The position numbers were made by a program, and so were the translations under genes. A stretch of 64,000 nucleotides of DNA, taken from Obrimoposthia wandeli. Lineage: Eukaryota. The DNA lies in assembly GCA_977020255.1 (NCBI GenBank), contig CDROCS010000253.1:3472001-3536000 (forward strand), written 5' to 3'. Numbering within the stretch: the first letter of the stretch is position 1; the number at the start of each line of letters is the position of its first letter. The notes beneath the pieces were generated by a model that did not search any database, was not told the origin of the DNA, and saw only the letters and a program-made list of their open reading frames with translations. Shown in pieces: positions 9,897-20,249 of this stretch.

Positions 9897-10058
9897 GATG
9901 ACATGACTAACGATAAAAGAGAGTTTTGAAAGGAAGGTTAGCTTTTAAATGGTCAATAAAGGGGATTGATACAGAAACTATGGACGGGTTTAACCACGGT
10001 TACTCAGAAAAGATAAAGTAGCCGTGGTGTAAATCTATTACGGAAAATATAATCGCTG

Positions 10059-10391
10059 TTAGCCACAGCACTTCTTATATTTTTTCTCACTACCACATAA
10101 ACAAGGATCATTACGGTTCGGCGTTTTGTCAAATCGAGTCGTTGTTGGCTTATTTAATAGACCATCAAGCTCAATAGTATTTTCTTCAACAGTGTTATCT
10201 ACCGTAATTTCAGCAAATAAGTCGTTATCGCTAACTATCGTTGCTACTTCTACTTTTCTTTCTTCACTACTAACCACTAGCGTTAATGGTTGCTTTTCAG
10301 TGCCCAGCTTAACGGAACGCTGATTATTATAACCTGTAGTTACATGGTTATGTCTGGTGTGAATACGCCCTTTATAATAAAGATCGTGCAT
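10059..10391 (-). CDS. SWIM/SEC-C metal-binding motif protein (PBPRA1643-like)
   Basis: 110 aa ending RNDPCLCGSEKKYKKCCG. Confidence 0.85.
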   Translation of the reverse strand: MHDLYYKGRIHTRHNHVTTGYNNQRSVKLGTEKQPLTLVVSSEERKVEVATIVSDNDLFAEITVDNTVEENTIELDGLLNKPTTTRFDKTPNRNDPCLCGSEKKYKKCCG

Positions 10392-10677
10392 AATGTTCTC
10401 CGCTAATATTAAAAACTTGATTTAAGCGCGGCAGTATAACGTAAAGTAGTAAATAGTCGACTGTTGAATTAAGTGTCTGCCCATTATTTTTTTTGTCGTA
10501 CATATATAACGTTTTTATAGATACTTTTTTGACTTAAATAGTATCCATAAAATATCGCTAAACACCAAATAATGCACTCTGTCTTGCCTATTTACCAAAC
10601 AGTTATAAAGTTATCTCAAAAGATCAGCAGACCCTATTCTTAAGTAAATAGAATAACGTTTTAGTGCTACGCTTTAT

Positions 10678-11112
10678 GTGGGGAGAGTTAATATGAAACA
10701 AGTTGATTCAGACGTAAATAATTATTTGGGTATTAAAAGTTTAGATGAAGATCATGAGGCTATTTTCAACTACATTAAGCAGTTACAAGATCTTGTTAAC
10801 GAACCAAAAAATCATGCGTATGCCATTGGCATACTAGAAAGGCTTCTTGCTTTTTTTTTAGCCCATGTGATCAAGGAAGAACAGCAATTACAAAAATACT
10901 TACCCACCAACATAGTAAAAGAGCATATTTTACAACACCAAGGCGAACTTGAATTTTTAGATGAAAGCATAATTTCTTTAAAAATTAAACTTTCATCGAA
11001 TAAGATTCAAACGATTGTTGACCAATTAAATCTAGAGTTTAAAAACCATATATATCGATATGATAGAAATATTATGCAAAAGATAATTAAGATTAAAAAC
11101 TCAAGACACTAA
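10678..11112 (+). CDS. Bacteriohemerythrin
   Basis: LDEDH, HVIKEE, HILQH and HIYRYD iron-ligand spacing; start may be ATG 10693. Confidence 0.8.
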   Translation: MGRVNMKQVDSDVNNYLGIKSLDEDHEAIFNYIKQLQDLVNEPKNHAYAIGILERLLAFFLAHVIKEEQQLQKYLPTNIVKEHILQHQGELEFLDESIISLKIKLSSNKIQTIVDQLNLEFKNHIYRYDRNIMQKIIKIKNSRH

Positions 11113-11162
11113 TCCCCATAGGGCTGGTTTAGAAACCTGCATCTTGAATGGTAACTGGTATA
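11113..11162 (+). repeat. Internally deleted derivative of the 9584-9896 repeat
   Basis: 24 bp identical to 9710-9733, fused through GAAAC to a right-end-like sequence. Confidence 0.7.
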
Positions 11163-11340
11163 GAGGTTGTCACTCGCTTAAAAAATACACTAAGTAAAGT
11201 TAATACTGAACTAGAAAGCCATCAAAAGATCGACTACTTACTTATTTGCAACGAAGCTTGGAGTGTAGAAAATAATTTGCTGACGCCAGCATGCAAATTA
11301 AAAGAAACATTATCGAAAAAAATACAATGAACTAACTACT
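11163..11340 (+). pseudogene. C-terminal fragment of a long-chain acyl-CoA synthetase (AMP-binding family)
   Basis: LESHQKIDYLLICNEAWSVENNLLTP..KLK then frameshifted RNIIEKK-YNEL; no N-terminal part. Confidence 0.7.
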
Positions 11341-11416
11341 ACAGAATTTTCAGCCCTTATGATGTACGAAGAAGTTCTGTATTAACCACACCAACTTATC
11401 GAGTTTGTTGGTTTTA

Positions 11417-14400
11417 TTAAACCGCTTGTTGAGTTAGTACTGATAGTACGTTATCAAAGGTAGTATGTAGTTTTTGTAATTCATGCTTTGTTGGGGAAAT
11501 AGTACTTTTTTGACAACTACTTACAAGTTCCTCCGCGACAAGGTGCATAACATTATGAGTCTGCTTTAGTTCCTTAATCCATGCATCTTCGAATAATTTC
11601 TCTTGTCTTAACCGACTAATCCATTTATCAAAATGACAACTGACATCACATATATCCATTGGTTTTTCTAGCTCGCCCTGCAAAAAGCACTCTACATTAT
11701 TAAACCAGTGTTCTAGTATCAATTTAAGTTGTTTTATTCTTTTTATTGGTAGAGTCATTTCATCCGGGCTGCTTTCCAGCCAGGCTTTGTTAGGTTTATA
11801 CTCTTTAATCCAGTCAACGAGTGTATTAGCTGGCATGGGTTTTGAAATCGCATAACCTTGTGCATTATTACACCCCATCAACAGTAACATCAGACCATGC
11901 TCTGTCGTTTCGACACCCTCCGCAATGACATTTCGACTGAATGATTTACTCAACCCAATAACACCGTCAATAATAGCGAAATCATCGGGATCTATTAATA
12001 CATCTCGAACAAAACTTTGGTCAATCTTGATAGTATCGGCGGGAAGTTGACGAAGATGCGACAGTGATGAGTAACCAGTACCAAAATCATCTAATGCGAT
12101 TTTAACACCTAATTCATTGCGACAAGCGCTAATAATGTTACTGATACGTTCTAAATTCCCTAAAGTACTACTTTCCAAAACTTCTAACTTGAAGTTGCTC
12201 GAATCAATATTATGGTGACGATTGAGCGCGGCATTGAGACTATCAAAGAAGCAAGTATTTAAAAACTGCATTGCAGAAACATTAACACTCATTTCAATAT
12301 TAATGCCTCGGTTATTTAATCGTTCAAGTTGAATCATTCCTTGATCAATCACCCAGTCACCGACTCGTATTTCTATATCAGTACCCTCTATAAGCGGTAA
12401 GAAATCTAGCGGAGAAATAAGCCCTTTGTCAGGATGTTGCCAACGAATTAAAGCTTCAACACCAATTATTTTACCCGAAGACATATTTACTTTTGGCTGG
12501 TAATATAAACACAGTTCATGGTTGCTTAAGGCGTGTTGAACTTCTTGTAATTTCATATGCCGTAGCGTTGTTTTTTGTGCTTGGTCTATATCAAAGAGCT
12601 GGTAATTTCTTTTCCCTTCTTGTTTCGCTTGATACATGGCTTGGTCAGCATGGCGTAATAAAGAGTCTAACTCCACACCATCTAATGGAGAGAGACTGAC
12701 ACCAATTGATGCACTGATATTAATGCAGTGTTCGTCAATAAAATAAGTTGCACTGACGGAATGAATAATTCTTTCTAGTATCTCATAACATTGAGTCGTT
12801 GATTTTATATCCCCTAACAGCAGAGAAAATTCATCACCACCCAAACGTGAAACTGTATCTTCTGTTCGTAAGGCTAACTCAAGACGATGGGCGACTTCAA
12901 TCAGTAGTTTATCACCTACATCATGACCAAAAATGTCATTCACGGGCTTAAAATCATCTAAATCGAGGAAACAAACAGCGAGTAAAGTACCTGCTCGTTT
13001 TGAATGGGCAACTGCTTGATTAAAACGGTCGAGTAAAAGTGTTCGGTTGGGTAGGCCTGTTAGAGGATCGTAATGAGCCATTCGACGCATATTTTCTTGT
13101 TGGCGTTTGCTATGCGTTATATCTGAGAACATCCCCAGATAGTTAACTATACGGTCATCTGCATCTTTCAGTGAGGAGGTGGTTAGTAACTCGGCATAAA
13201 CCTCTCCACTTTTCTTACGATTCCAAATTTCACCCTGCCAGTATCCCTGCTCAGTGATTTGTTGCCACATTTTAATATAAAATTCAGGGGGATGTTTACC
13301 GGAGCTTAGAATCTTAGGGTTTTTACCTATAACGTCTTCACGACTGTAGCCAGTAATCCCTGAGAAAGCGGGGTTAACATCAACAATCATTCTAGCAGCG
13401 TCTGTAATCATTATGCCTTCATGAGTGTCATTAAAGACGCGAGATGAAAGTTCAAGTTTCTTCTCAAGTCTCTTATGCTCAGAAATATCAACAATACTCA
13501 CAGGAACATTGCGGAAATTATTTGTTGATGACGGTGTTTGAAAGGAGATCAATGCTTTAATTTCTTGCCCATCTAATGTCTTAAAATTTATCTCAGATAG
13601 AAAAGTTTCTTGTTTATTCCATATGGCACACATTTCGTTAATAAATACATCAATCGAATTTTCACCAAAAATTTGGTCAATTTTGCTGATAAATTCAGCT
13701 TGGCTTTTTGCACCAAAAAGCTTTAATGTCGCATTATTAACAGAATTAACTTTAACCATTGCCACTAAATCCCAAGCAATGTCTATATTCGCACACAGGT
13801 GTTTTTTTAGGTCTACAACCCCTTTCTGTCTCAAGTTTTCTAGTACGATTACAACAGTAGAAAAGTCTTCACTCCAAATAGACACTTCAGCATTATTGAA
13901 AATAGCTTCAAAGCGTTCTTCACTTTCATTGCGAGAATACTCAGCTCTTTTAACTAGAAAAATGACAAGAAATGCGGTAAAGAGACTCGATAAGATTGTA
14001 AAAATGAGCAGGGAATAGAACGATGTTTTGCTCAAATCATAAGAACGTTGACTATTATTCTTGAACTCAAGCGCTTTATTACCAGCAAAATCTATTAAAA
14101 ATCGCATATTTAGGTTTAGCTTTTTAACATGCTCTGCGCCTTTTCCTGTGGTAATACCCGCAGCCAATTGATGTTCGTTATTACGTTTTAAAGCAAGCAC
14201 TTCGTCACGTATAGCTTTCCAGTCAACAAAGGTTACATAGGCGAGATTAAATTTTTCTTTATTCCCTAGAAAACGTGCTTTGATTAATTCAAAATGTCGA
14301 TAGACTTCATGTTCATGCAGATTTACTAGAGAGATAGCTACATCTAATTCATCTTTGTTATTAGCTAACACAACATCTTTCATATATCGGTGCATCGCAA

Positions 14401-14599
14401 GGATGTCACCATTTGCTTCTAATACCGCAATACTGACCGAAAAGGGATGTTGGTACATTTGGTCATTGAGTTGTGCAAGTTTTTTGTTTTCATCTACCGC
14501 CATGAACGCAAATAACATCACCAACAAAATTATTATTACAAATCCTGCCGAAATGACCTGTATAGAGGATTTTGTTTGTGAAGTCCTAAAATAATTCAT
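11417..14599 (-). CDS. Membrane-anchored diguanylate cyclase/phosphodiesterase (periplasmic sensor-PAS-GGDEF-EAL) with C-terminal CZB-like domain
   Basis: Two TMs; PAS (GYSREDVIGKNP..L.SG); RLGGDEF; VEALIRW, DDFGTGYSSL, AEGVE; C-terminal EHWF...CHFDKW...HNVMH. Confidence 0.92.
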   Translation of the reverse strand: MNYFRTSQTKSSIQVISAGFVIIILLVMLFAFMAVDENKKLAQLNDQMYQHPFSVSIAVLEANGDILAMHRYMKDVVLANNKDELDVAISLVNLHEHEVYRHFELIKARFLGNKEKFNLAYVTFVDWKAIRDEVLALKRNNEHQLAAGITTGKGAEHVKKLNLNMRFLIDFAGNKALEFKNNSQRSYDLSKTSFYSLLIFTILSSLFTAFLVIFLVKRAEYSRNESEERFEAIFNNAEVSIWSEDFSTVVIVLENLRQKGVVDLKKHLCANIDIAWDLVAMVKVNSVNNATLKLFGAKSQAEFISKIDQIFGENSIDVFINEMCAIWNKQETFLSEINFKTLDGQEIKALISFQTPSSTNNFRNVPVSIVDISEHKRLEKKLELSSRVFNDTHEGIMITDAARMIVDVNPAFSGITGYSREDVIGKNPKILSSGKHPPEFYIKMWQQITEQGYWQGEIWNRKKSGEVYAELLTTSSLKDADDRIVNYLGMFSDITHSKRQQENMRRMAHYDPLTGLPNRTLLLDRFNQAVAHSKRAGTLLAVCFLDLDDFKPVNDIFGHDVGDKLLIEVAHRLELALRTEDTVSRLGGDEFSLLLGDIKSTTQCYEILERIIHSVSATYFIDEHCINISASIGVSLSPLDGVELDSLLRHADQAMYQAKQEGKRNYQLFDIDQAQKTTLRHMKLQEVQHALSNHELCLYYQPKVNMSSGKIIGVEALIRWQHPDKGLISPLDFLPLIEGTDIEIRVGDWVIDQGMIQLERLNNRGINIEMSVNVSAMQFLNTCFFDSLNAALNRHHNIDSSNFKLEVLESSTLGNLERISNIISACRNELGVKIALDDFGTGYSSLSHLRQLPADTIKIDQSFVRDVLIDPDDFAIIDGVIGLSKSFSRNVIAEGVETTEHGLMLLLMGCNNAQGYAISKPMPANTLVDWIKEYKPNKAWLESSPDEMTLPIKRIKQLKLILEHWFNNVECFLQGELEKPMDICDVSCHFDKWISRLRQEKLFEDAWIKELKQTHNVMHLVAEELVSSCQKSTISPTKHELQKLHTTFDNVLSVLTQQAV

Positions 14600-14940
14600 G
14601 CCCGCTCTATTGTTATGAGTAGCGGTTTAGATAGAAAAGTACTTATCATTTTTATCTCAATCCTTTGGTGGAGTACAATAATGTAAGTCGGTATTCCCCA
14701 TTATTAATGCAGATCGGTAATAGAAATTCTATCTGTATTAACTTCAACTTATAAATTGGGGTAATGCCACTAATTCCATAGTAGGTCGTTCGTTATTGTA
14801 AGTCCACAATCATTGTGTGGCTTTACTCATTAAGTCTTCACTCTCACCGTGAAACTACTGGCTAAATCAGCCTATATTATGGTTCGATTAAACCGTTCAA
14901 TATAAGTATTTTTCTTTGAATAAGCGTCACATAGTTAAAG

Positions 14941-15159
14941 CTACTGTTCTGACATGATCAAGGTTTTAATTTTTAGGGCTTTTTCAAAGTGATCAAGTTT
15001 ATGGGTAATAATCCACCACGTTGCAGCTTCCATCAACAAATCAGGGTCATCATTTTTATTGGCAAAAAATGCATAGAAGGATAAACCGACATTAATGCCC
15101 TTTTGAGCCACTTTTTTATCACACACTGCAATGATCTTTTCTCGTAAGCTATTTCTCAT
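14941..15159 (-). CDS. Small conserved protein (DUF6500-like)
   Basis: 72 aa, VGLSFYAFFANKNDDP...W..ITHKLDHFEKA. Confidence 0.7.
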   Translation of the reverse strand: MRNSLREKIIAVCDKKVAQKGINVGLSFYAFFANKNDDPDLLMEAATWWIITHKLDHFEKALKIKTLIMSEQ

Positions 15160-15206
15160 ACCTTAATTTCCTTTTAATATTCTACCAACTGCTGTTCTCT
15201 GTAAAT

Positions 15207-15239
15207 AAAAAACCAGTAAGAGATTCTTACTGGTTTTTT
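15207..15239. terminator. Terminator after the amidohydrolase gene
   Basis: AAAAAACCAGTAAGA-GAT-TCTTACTGGTTTTTT. Confidence 0.8.
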
Positions 15240-15300
15240 ACGTAATGTTTGCTGTTATTGAAACAGGTTAACTATCTGTTATAAAGGTTAACCTGAAATT

Positions 15301-18300
15301 CTATTTCTGTTCGAAATAGAATTTTTCACGTTTATTATCGTAATTACCAATTTCATTCATGGTGTCGGCATTATACAAACGACCGTTAATCATAGTGTGG
15401 GTGACTTTATCACTTAGGCGGATATCCTGCGTGATATCTCCATCAATAACAATCATGTCCGCAAGTTTACCAACGGTTAATGACCCTAAGTCTTTATCTA
15501 AACCAAGTGATTTGGCAGGAGAAATAGTTGCAGTACGAATAGCTTGCAGTGGCGACATACCACCTTGTGCCATCATCCACATTTCCCAGTGCATTGCTAA
15601 CCCCTCGCGTTGTCCGTGACCACCAGCATTAACTACCACACCTAAGTCTTGCATTTCTTTTGCTACTTTAGCGACGTTAAAGTGATTATAGTGATGAAGT
15701 GGTGCTTTAGGTCGACGCATAGAGCGGGGATCTAAAAACTCACTCGGTACATATTGACTTAAACGTGGGTGTTGCCAAACATTGGTCGTATCATACCAAT
15801 AGTTTTCACCGGAAATACCGCCATAAGCCACGCCCATGGTTGGTGTGTAAGCCATGTCAGATTGAGACCATAACTGTTTAATATCATCATATATTTTAGC
15901 GGTAGAAATTGAATGTTCAAGTGTTGTATGGCCATCAACAACCATGGTTAAGTTATGTTGTAGTAATGAGCCACCTTCAGGTACAACCATCATTTCTAAT
16001 TCACGTGCTGCTTGAATGAACTGCTGGCGTTGGTTACGACGTGGCTGGTTATAGCTTTTAACACTAAAGGCCCCTGCTGCTTTTAAACGTTCAACGTGAA
16101 ATTTAGCATCGTCCAGACTATCAACATGTGAAGTATACCCTGGGATAGTGGCACCGTATAAAATAGTACCGGTTGAGAATAAACGTGCGGCGACTATCTT
16201 GCCGGCTTTTTGCATTTCGCTAGCAGCAAAAAATTCAGTGGTATCGTTTGAAGGATCATGAATTGTGGTTACACCTAGCGCCAAGCCAGCATAATTTTTC
16301 CAGTTTTGCTGTGGAATAATTTCATTACTGCCTTGTGGGCCATGCGCATGCGCATCAATCAAACCGGGCATGACTGTTTTGCCCGTAATATCAATGATGA
16401 TCGCATCACTTGGGATGTTAACCTGCCCCTTAGTGCCTACCGCTTTGATTTTGTTACCTTCAACAAGAACCACCCCATTATCAATAACTTGCTCACCTTC
16501 CATAGTGATAACTTTACCGCCAACAAAAGCAACATGACCAGATGGAATATCAACTTTTTGTTGATAACTTAAGTTAACGACATTGATGTCGTTAACGACA
16601 GTAGATGCATTAGCTTCAGGCGCTGATTCGTCATCGTTTTCCACTTTAGCAGTAATATCAAACAAACCTTTTATAGATGCTTGATATAGATCAGCACCAA
16701 GGCTCCAATAAAGCTCATTTGATTTACCATTCCAATTAATACCTTCACCAGCACGCATTGATAATTGCTCTACCGGTAAGTTTTCAGCTTTTGGACCTAT
16801 ATCAATAACATCACCACGCTCGACAAAAGGTGTAACAAATACTTTAAAACGCTCGGCAAAAGCAAGATAATTACCATCCGGTGATACCCTATATTCTGAC
16901 GCAAACTTACCCTGATATAACTTGGTATCATGTTGGCCATCAATATCTATGCGCGAAATATGCGGCGTTTCCCCATCACGTGTCACATAAATACGATCGT
17001 TTCGCGCGCCAAAGTGTGGTTGAACACCCTCTTCAGTAACGAGTTTAGCGTCTCCTCCTCTCACTGATACCGCATAAACACCTGGATTTAAACCCCAAAT
17101 AGGGTCAGTAATATAGCCACCACTGACTTTACGATAAACGATAGTTTTACCATCAGGTGAAAAACTTGGTTCAATGTATTTTCCTGGTTCACGCGTAATG
17201 GTTTTACCTTTACCGCCTCGGCTAGAAACAACACGTACTTGGCCTAGATTTTTATCATCCCAACTCACGTAAACAATTTTTTTACCATCACGGGAAAAAC
17301 TTGGGTTTAACTCGAACTGGCTTTTTTGTTTAGTTAAACGCTTAGGTTTACCCTTGGGTAGGCTTTTGGTATAAAGGTGCCCCATAGATTCATAAACAGC
17401 AAGCTTACCATTAGGGGATACTTTGACATCACGAAGCATTTTAGTATCAAAGTTTTTTTGATCTAAATCTTGTGGGAAGCGTACAGCTGTTTGAATTTTC
17501 TTTGTTGTTTTAACATGAAAATCAATCACTTTAGCTTTTTTGGACTCAAGAGATAACTTGTTGATTTTACCCCCAGACCAAAAAATTAAATCTTCACTGT
17601 CAGGTGTCCACGCCATCGTAGGATACACACCATGAATAGCCCAGGTTTCTTGCATATCACGGTCTAAACCATCATAAATTTTGGTTTGCTCACCACTTGT
17701 AAGATTGTACAAATATAAGTTTGATTGAAAATCATCACGGCTAATAAACGCTAAATACTTGCCATCGGGTGAAAGTGTCGGTCTTATTGCACCACCTTTA
17801 CCTGAGACAATCACTTTAACTTCACCCGTTTCAAGCTCAAGACGCTTAATTTTGTAAATGCCTTTTTCAGAGTCTTTAGAGTAATGAAAGGATTTACCTG
17901 GCGTAGCATCTTGTGAAAAATAAACATATTTTCCATCATGAGAGAAAGCAGGCTCGCCTAAATCTTTTTGCTCATTGGGGCGCTTAGTTAGCATTACGCC
18001 ATTACCGCCCGACTTATGATACATCCACACTTCACCGGCTCCTAAAGAGCGAGTACCTGTGTAATGTTTACGGCCAACAATATAATTACCATCTGGCGAC
18101 CATGCAGGGCTATTTAATAAACGAAAGGTTTCGGTCGTTACTGCTTTTGCATCACTGCCATCCGCTTTCATTATCCATAAGTTGTCGCCACCATCTTCAT
18201 CAGATGTAAACGCTATGTACTTACCATCGGGGCTAAAACGTGGTTGCATTTGCCAAGCAATATCAGTCATCAAGGGTGTCGCTTCACCGCCAGAAGCCGG

Positions 18301-18585
18301 CATGGTGTATATATCACCTAATAAATCAAAAATAATAGTTTTGCCATCGGGACTTAAATCAACATTCATCCAAGTACCCGAACGTACGTCTATATCAGCC
18401 GTAGTAAAGTTTCCTTGTGGCGCATTAACAGACCATTTTGGTGTTGTTTCTTTTATCGTTGCTGTATTAGCATTAGTAGATGATTCAGTAGGTGTCTGTG
18501 CAAAAGTGGTTGGTAAAGCCAACAAAACACTGAGAGCGACACCTGAAAGTAATAATTTTTTAGAGAACATGTTTTTCGACGGCAT
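15301..18585 (-). CDS. Secreted amidohydrolase with N-terminal TolB/PD40-like beta-propeller repeats
   Basis: Signal peptide; repeated P.FSPDGK motifs; PGLIDAHAH metal motif; GSLTVGKLADM. Confidence 0.92.
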   Translation of the reverse strand: MPSKNMFSKKLLLSGVALSVLLALPTTFAQTPTESSTNANTATIKETTPKWSVNAPQGNFTTADIDVRSGTWMNVDLSPDGKTIIFDLLGDIYTMPASGGEATPLMTDIAWQMQPRFSPDGKYIAFTSDEDGGDNLWIMKADGSDAKAVTTETFRLLNSPAWSPDGNYIVGRKHYTGTRSLGAGEVWMYHKSGGNGVMLTKRPNEQKDLGEPAFSHDGKYVYFSQDATPGKSFHYSKDSEKGIYKIKRLELETGEVKVIVSGKGGAIRPTLSPDGKYLAFISRDDFQSNLYLYNLTSGEQTKIYDGLDRDMQETWAIHGVYPTMAWTPDSEDLIFWSGGKINKLSLESKKAKVIDFHVKTTKKIQTAVRFPQDLDQKNFDTKMLRDVKVSPNGKLAVYESMGHLYTKSLPKGKPKRLTKQKSQFELNPSFSRDGKKIVYVSWDDKNLGQVRVVSSRGGKGKTITREPGKYIEPSFSPDGKTIVYRKVSGGYITDPIWGLNPGVYAVSVRGGDAKLVTEEGVQPHFGARNDRIYVTRDGETPHISRIDIDGQHDTKLYQGKFASEYRVSPDGNYLAFAERFKVFVTPFVERGDVIDIGPKAENLPVEQLSMRAGEGINWNGKSNELYWSLGADLYQASIKGLFDITAKVENDDESAPEANASTVVNDINVVNLSYQQKVDIPSGHVAFVGGKVITMEGEQVIDNGVVLVEGNKIKAVGTKGQVNIPSDAIIIDITGKTVMPGLIDAHAHGPQGSNEIIPQQNWKNYAGLALGVTTIHDPSNDTTEFFAASEMQKAGKIVAARLFSTGTILYGATIPGYTSHVDSLDDAKFHVERLKAAGAFSVKSYNQPRRNQRQQFIQAARELEMMVVPEGGSLLQHNLTMVVDGHTTLEHSISTAKIYDDIKQLWSQSDMAYTPTMGVAYGGISGENYWYDTTNVWQHPRLSQYVPSEFLDPRSMRRPKAPLHHYNHFNVAKVAKEMQDLGVVVNAGGHGQREGLAMHWEMWMMAQGGMSPLQAIRTATISPAKSLGLDKDLGSLTVGKLADMIVIDGDITQDIRLSDKVTHTMINGRLYNADTMNEIGNYDNKREKFYFEQK

Positions 18586-18901
18586 AAATGAGCACCTTAG
18601 ACGGGTATAGGGTAAATTAATTCGTTTTAATTACCCGTACTTAATCACAAACATTGATAAGATGTAAGGGAATTACGTTGGTTAGTAGAAATTGTAAGAT
18701 ACATGGCACAAATGAAAAGTTAGCGTATTGTACGCCTTTGCTGCCAGTCTGAATGGATAGTAAGCAATAGGTGAGTTTGGTGTGGATACTTGCTTAATTA
18801 GTGACTTAATTCTTTTCTTAATTACTTATTGAAAAATTGGCCTATAGAGACACCAATACTTTGTTGCTATTATTTTTATTTTACGATTACGAAGGCGATT
18901 T

Positions 18902-19411
18902 CTAAATCGTTACTTGCCAATAACCGACATCTAACCAACGATCAAATTTTAAACCAACTTCTTTAAAATGAGCCACTTTCACCATGCCAAATTTTTCATG
19001 TAAAGCGATACTCGCTTCATTCGGTAGGGTAATTCCACCAATAGCACTGTGAATTTTTTTACGCTTCAGTTCATCAAACAATACTTGATACAATTTCGTA
19101 CCTAGTCCTTTTGAAGTCTGTTCAGGGGATAAATACACAGTCACTTCAACTGAAAAACGATAAGAAAATCTATCTCGCCACTTAGTCGCATAGGCATAAC
19201 CCATGATTTTTCCCGACTCATCTTCTGCAACAAACCAAGGTAAATCATCGGCGAATATTTGTGTTATACGCTTTAATATATCTGAGGTTGTTACGGCTTT
19301 TTCTTCAAAGGTCACAACAGTATTTTCAATGTAATGGTTGTAAATAGAACAAATACTACTTACGTCTTGTTCTTTGATCGCTCTAATCATTACCTTGGTT
19401 TCCAATTTCAT
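18902..19411 (-). CDS. GNAT N-acetyltransferase (phosphinothricin acetyltransferase/YncA type)
   Basis: IYNHYIENTVVTFEE, GLGTKLY, NEASIALHEKFG, GLKFDRWLDV. Confidence 0.9.
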   Translation of the reverse strand: MKLETKVMIRAIKEQDVSSICSIYNHYIENTVVTFEEKAVTTSDILKRITQIFADDLPWFVAEDESGKIMGYAYATKWRDRFSYRFSVEVTVYLSPEQTSKGLGTKLYQVLFDELKRKKIHSAIGGITLPNEASIALHEKFGMVKVAHFKEVGLKFDRWLDVGYWQVTI

Positions 19412-19414
19412 TAT

Positions 19415-19567
19415 TTATCGCTTTATCTCGGCCTTACTGTGCATTTTTTTGGATGCCCCCTGTGAACAAGAAGTAGATGAATTAACACCTAGATCTCGTT
19501 GAACACCATAATACACACAAGACGAAAGTAAAAAGGTACCAAGAAAAGCGTAAATAATTTTCATCAT
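19415..19567 (-). CDS. Small putative lipoprotein (50 aa)
   Basis: Hand translation MMKIIYAFLGTFLLSSCVYYGVQRDLG...KAEIKR; lipobox LSSC; stop lies 4 bp before the GNAT start. Confidence 0.5.
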   Translation of the reverse strand: MMKIIYAFLGTFLLSSCVYYGVQRDLGVNSSTSCSQGASKKMHSKAEIKR

Positions 19568-19643
19568 GATTATTCTAATAAGTTACGTTGTTAGATTGTT
19601 TTTTGTGGAAGCTTTTGAATTGATTTTACCGATGCTGAAAATA

Positions 19644-20168
19644 TTACGTCGGCCAAGGTCGCTGACTTTCTGCATCAATCCAGGCATTAACCCAGTCAGG
19701 TACATCAAAGTTTGGTGTGGATTTACCATAGGCCGCTAAAACTTCAGTGGCAGGTACTAAACCCTGCTTTGAGGTAAACGCCGCTTTAATTAATGCTGAT
19801 GAACAAACCTTATCTTTGATATGAGTTTCTTGTAAAAAGTAAAACCAGCGGCCGTCATGACAAATAACCTGAGTTGTGACGGTAAATTTTTTCCAAAATG
19901 CTATTCTTCTGCGATAACGCACACTCGCGCCACCCACAGCAAAGGCCCATTTGTTTTTTCTCATGAGGCTAAGTAAACCAGTGCGTAGAGCGTAATCCCA
20001 ACGACCAAACTCCATATACGTTAAATGACGCGCATTATTAAGTTCAACAAAGACATCAATATCAGTTAACCCTGCGCGGCAGTTCAGCACGCTTTTTTCA
20101 TCCAAATTCATCTGAGGACGATTTTTGGCCTTAAACAGGGTCGCGAGTAACTTAATATACGGGTACAT
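19644..20168 (-). CDS. Acyl-CoA thioesterase (hot-dog fold)
   Basis: DIDVFVELNNARHLTYMEFGR, VRYRRRI. Confidence 0.88.
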   Translation of the reverse strand: MYPYIKLLATLFKAKNRPQMNLDEKSVLNCRAGLTDIDVFVELNNARHLTYMEFGRWDYALRTGLLSLMRKNKWAFAVGGASVRYRRRIAFWKKFTVTTQVICHDGRWFYFLQETHIKDKVCSSALIKAAFTSKQGLVPATEVLAAYGKSTPNFDVPDWVNAWIDAESQRPWPT

Positions 20169-20249
20169 AGTGTATTTCTCTTAGCTTTTTATTATTGGAA
20201 TAACGCTGAGTAAGAGTACGCGGTAGTAATACAGAAGGAAAGCAGTAAA

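Noticed and set aside
10059-10391. SEC-C proteins (here and at 47798) as SecA fragments
   Set aside because: Only the ~20-aa terminal motif is shared; the rest has no SecA ATPase features
20190-20245. ATAACGCTGAGTAAG as an attC outside the array
   Set aside because: Only ~10 matching bases and no right half; the weak match at 29150-29305 is likewise too degenerate to call
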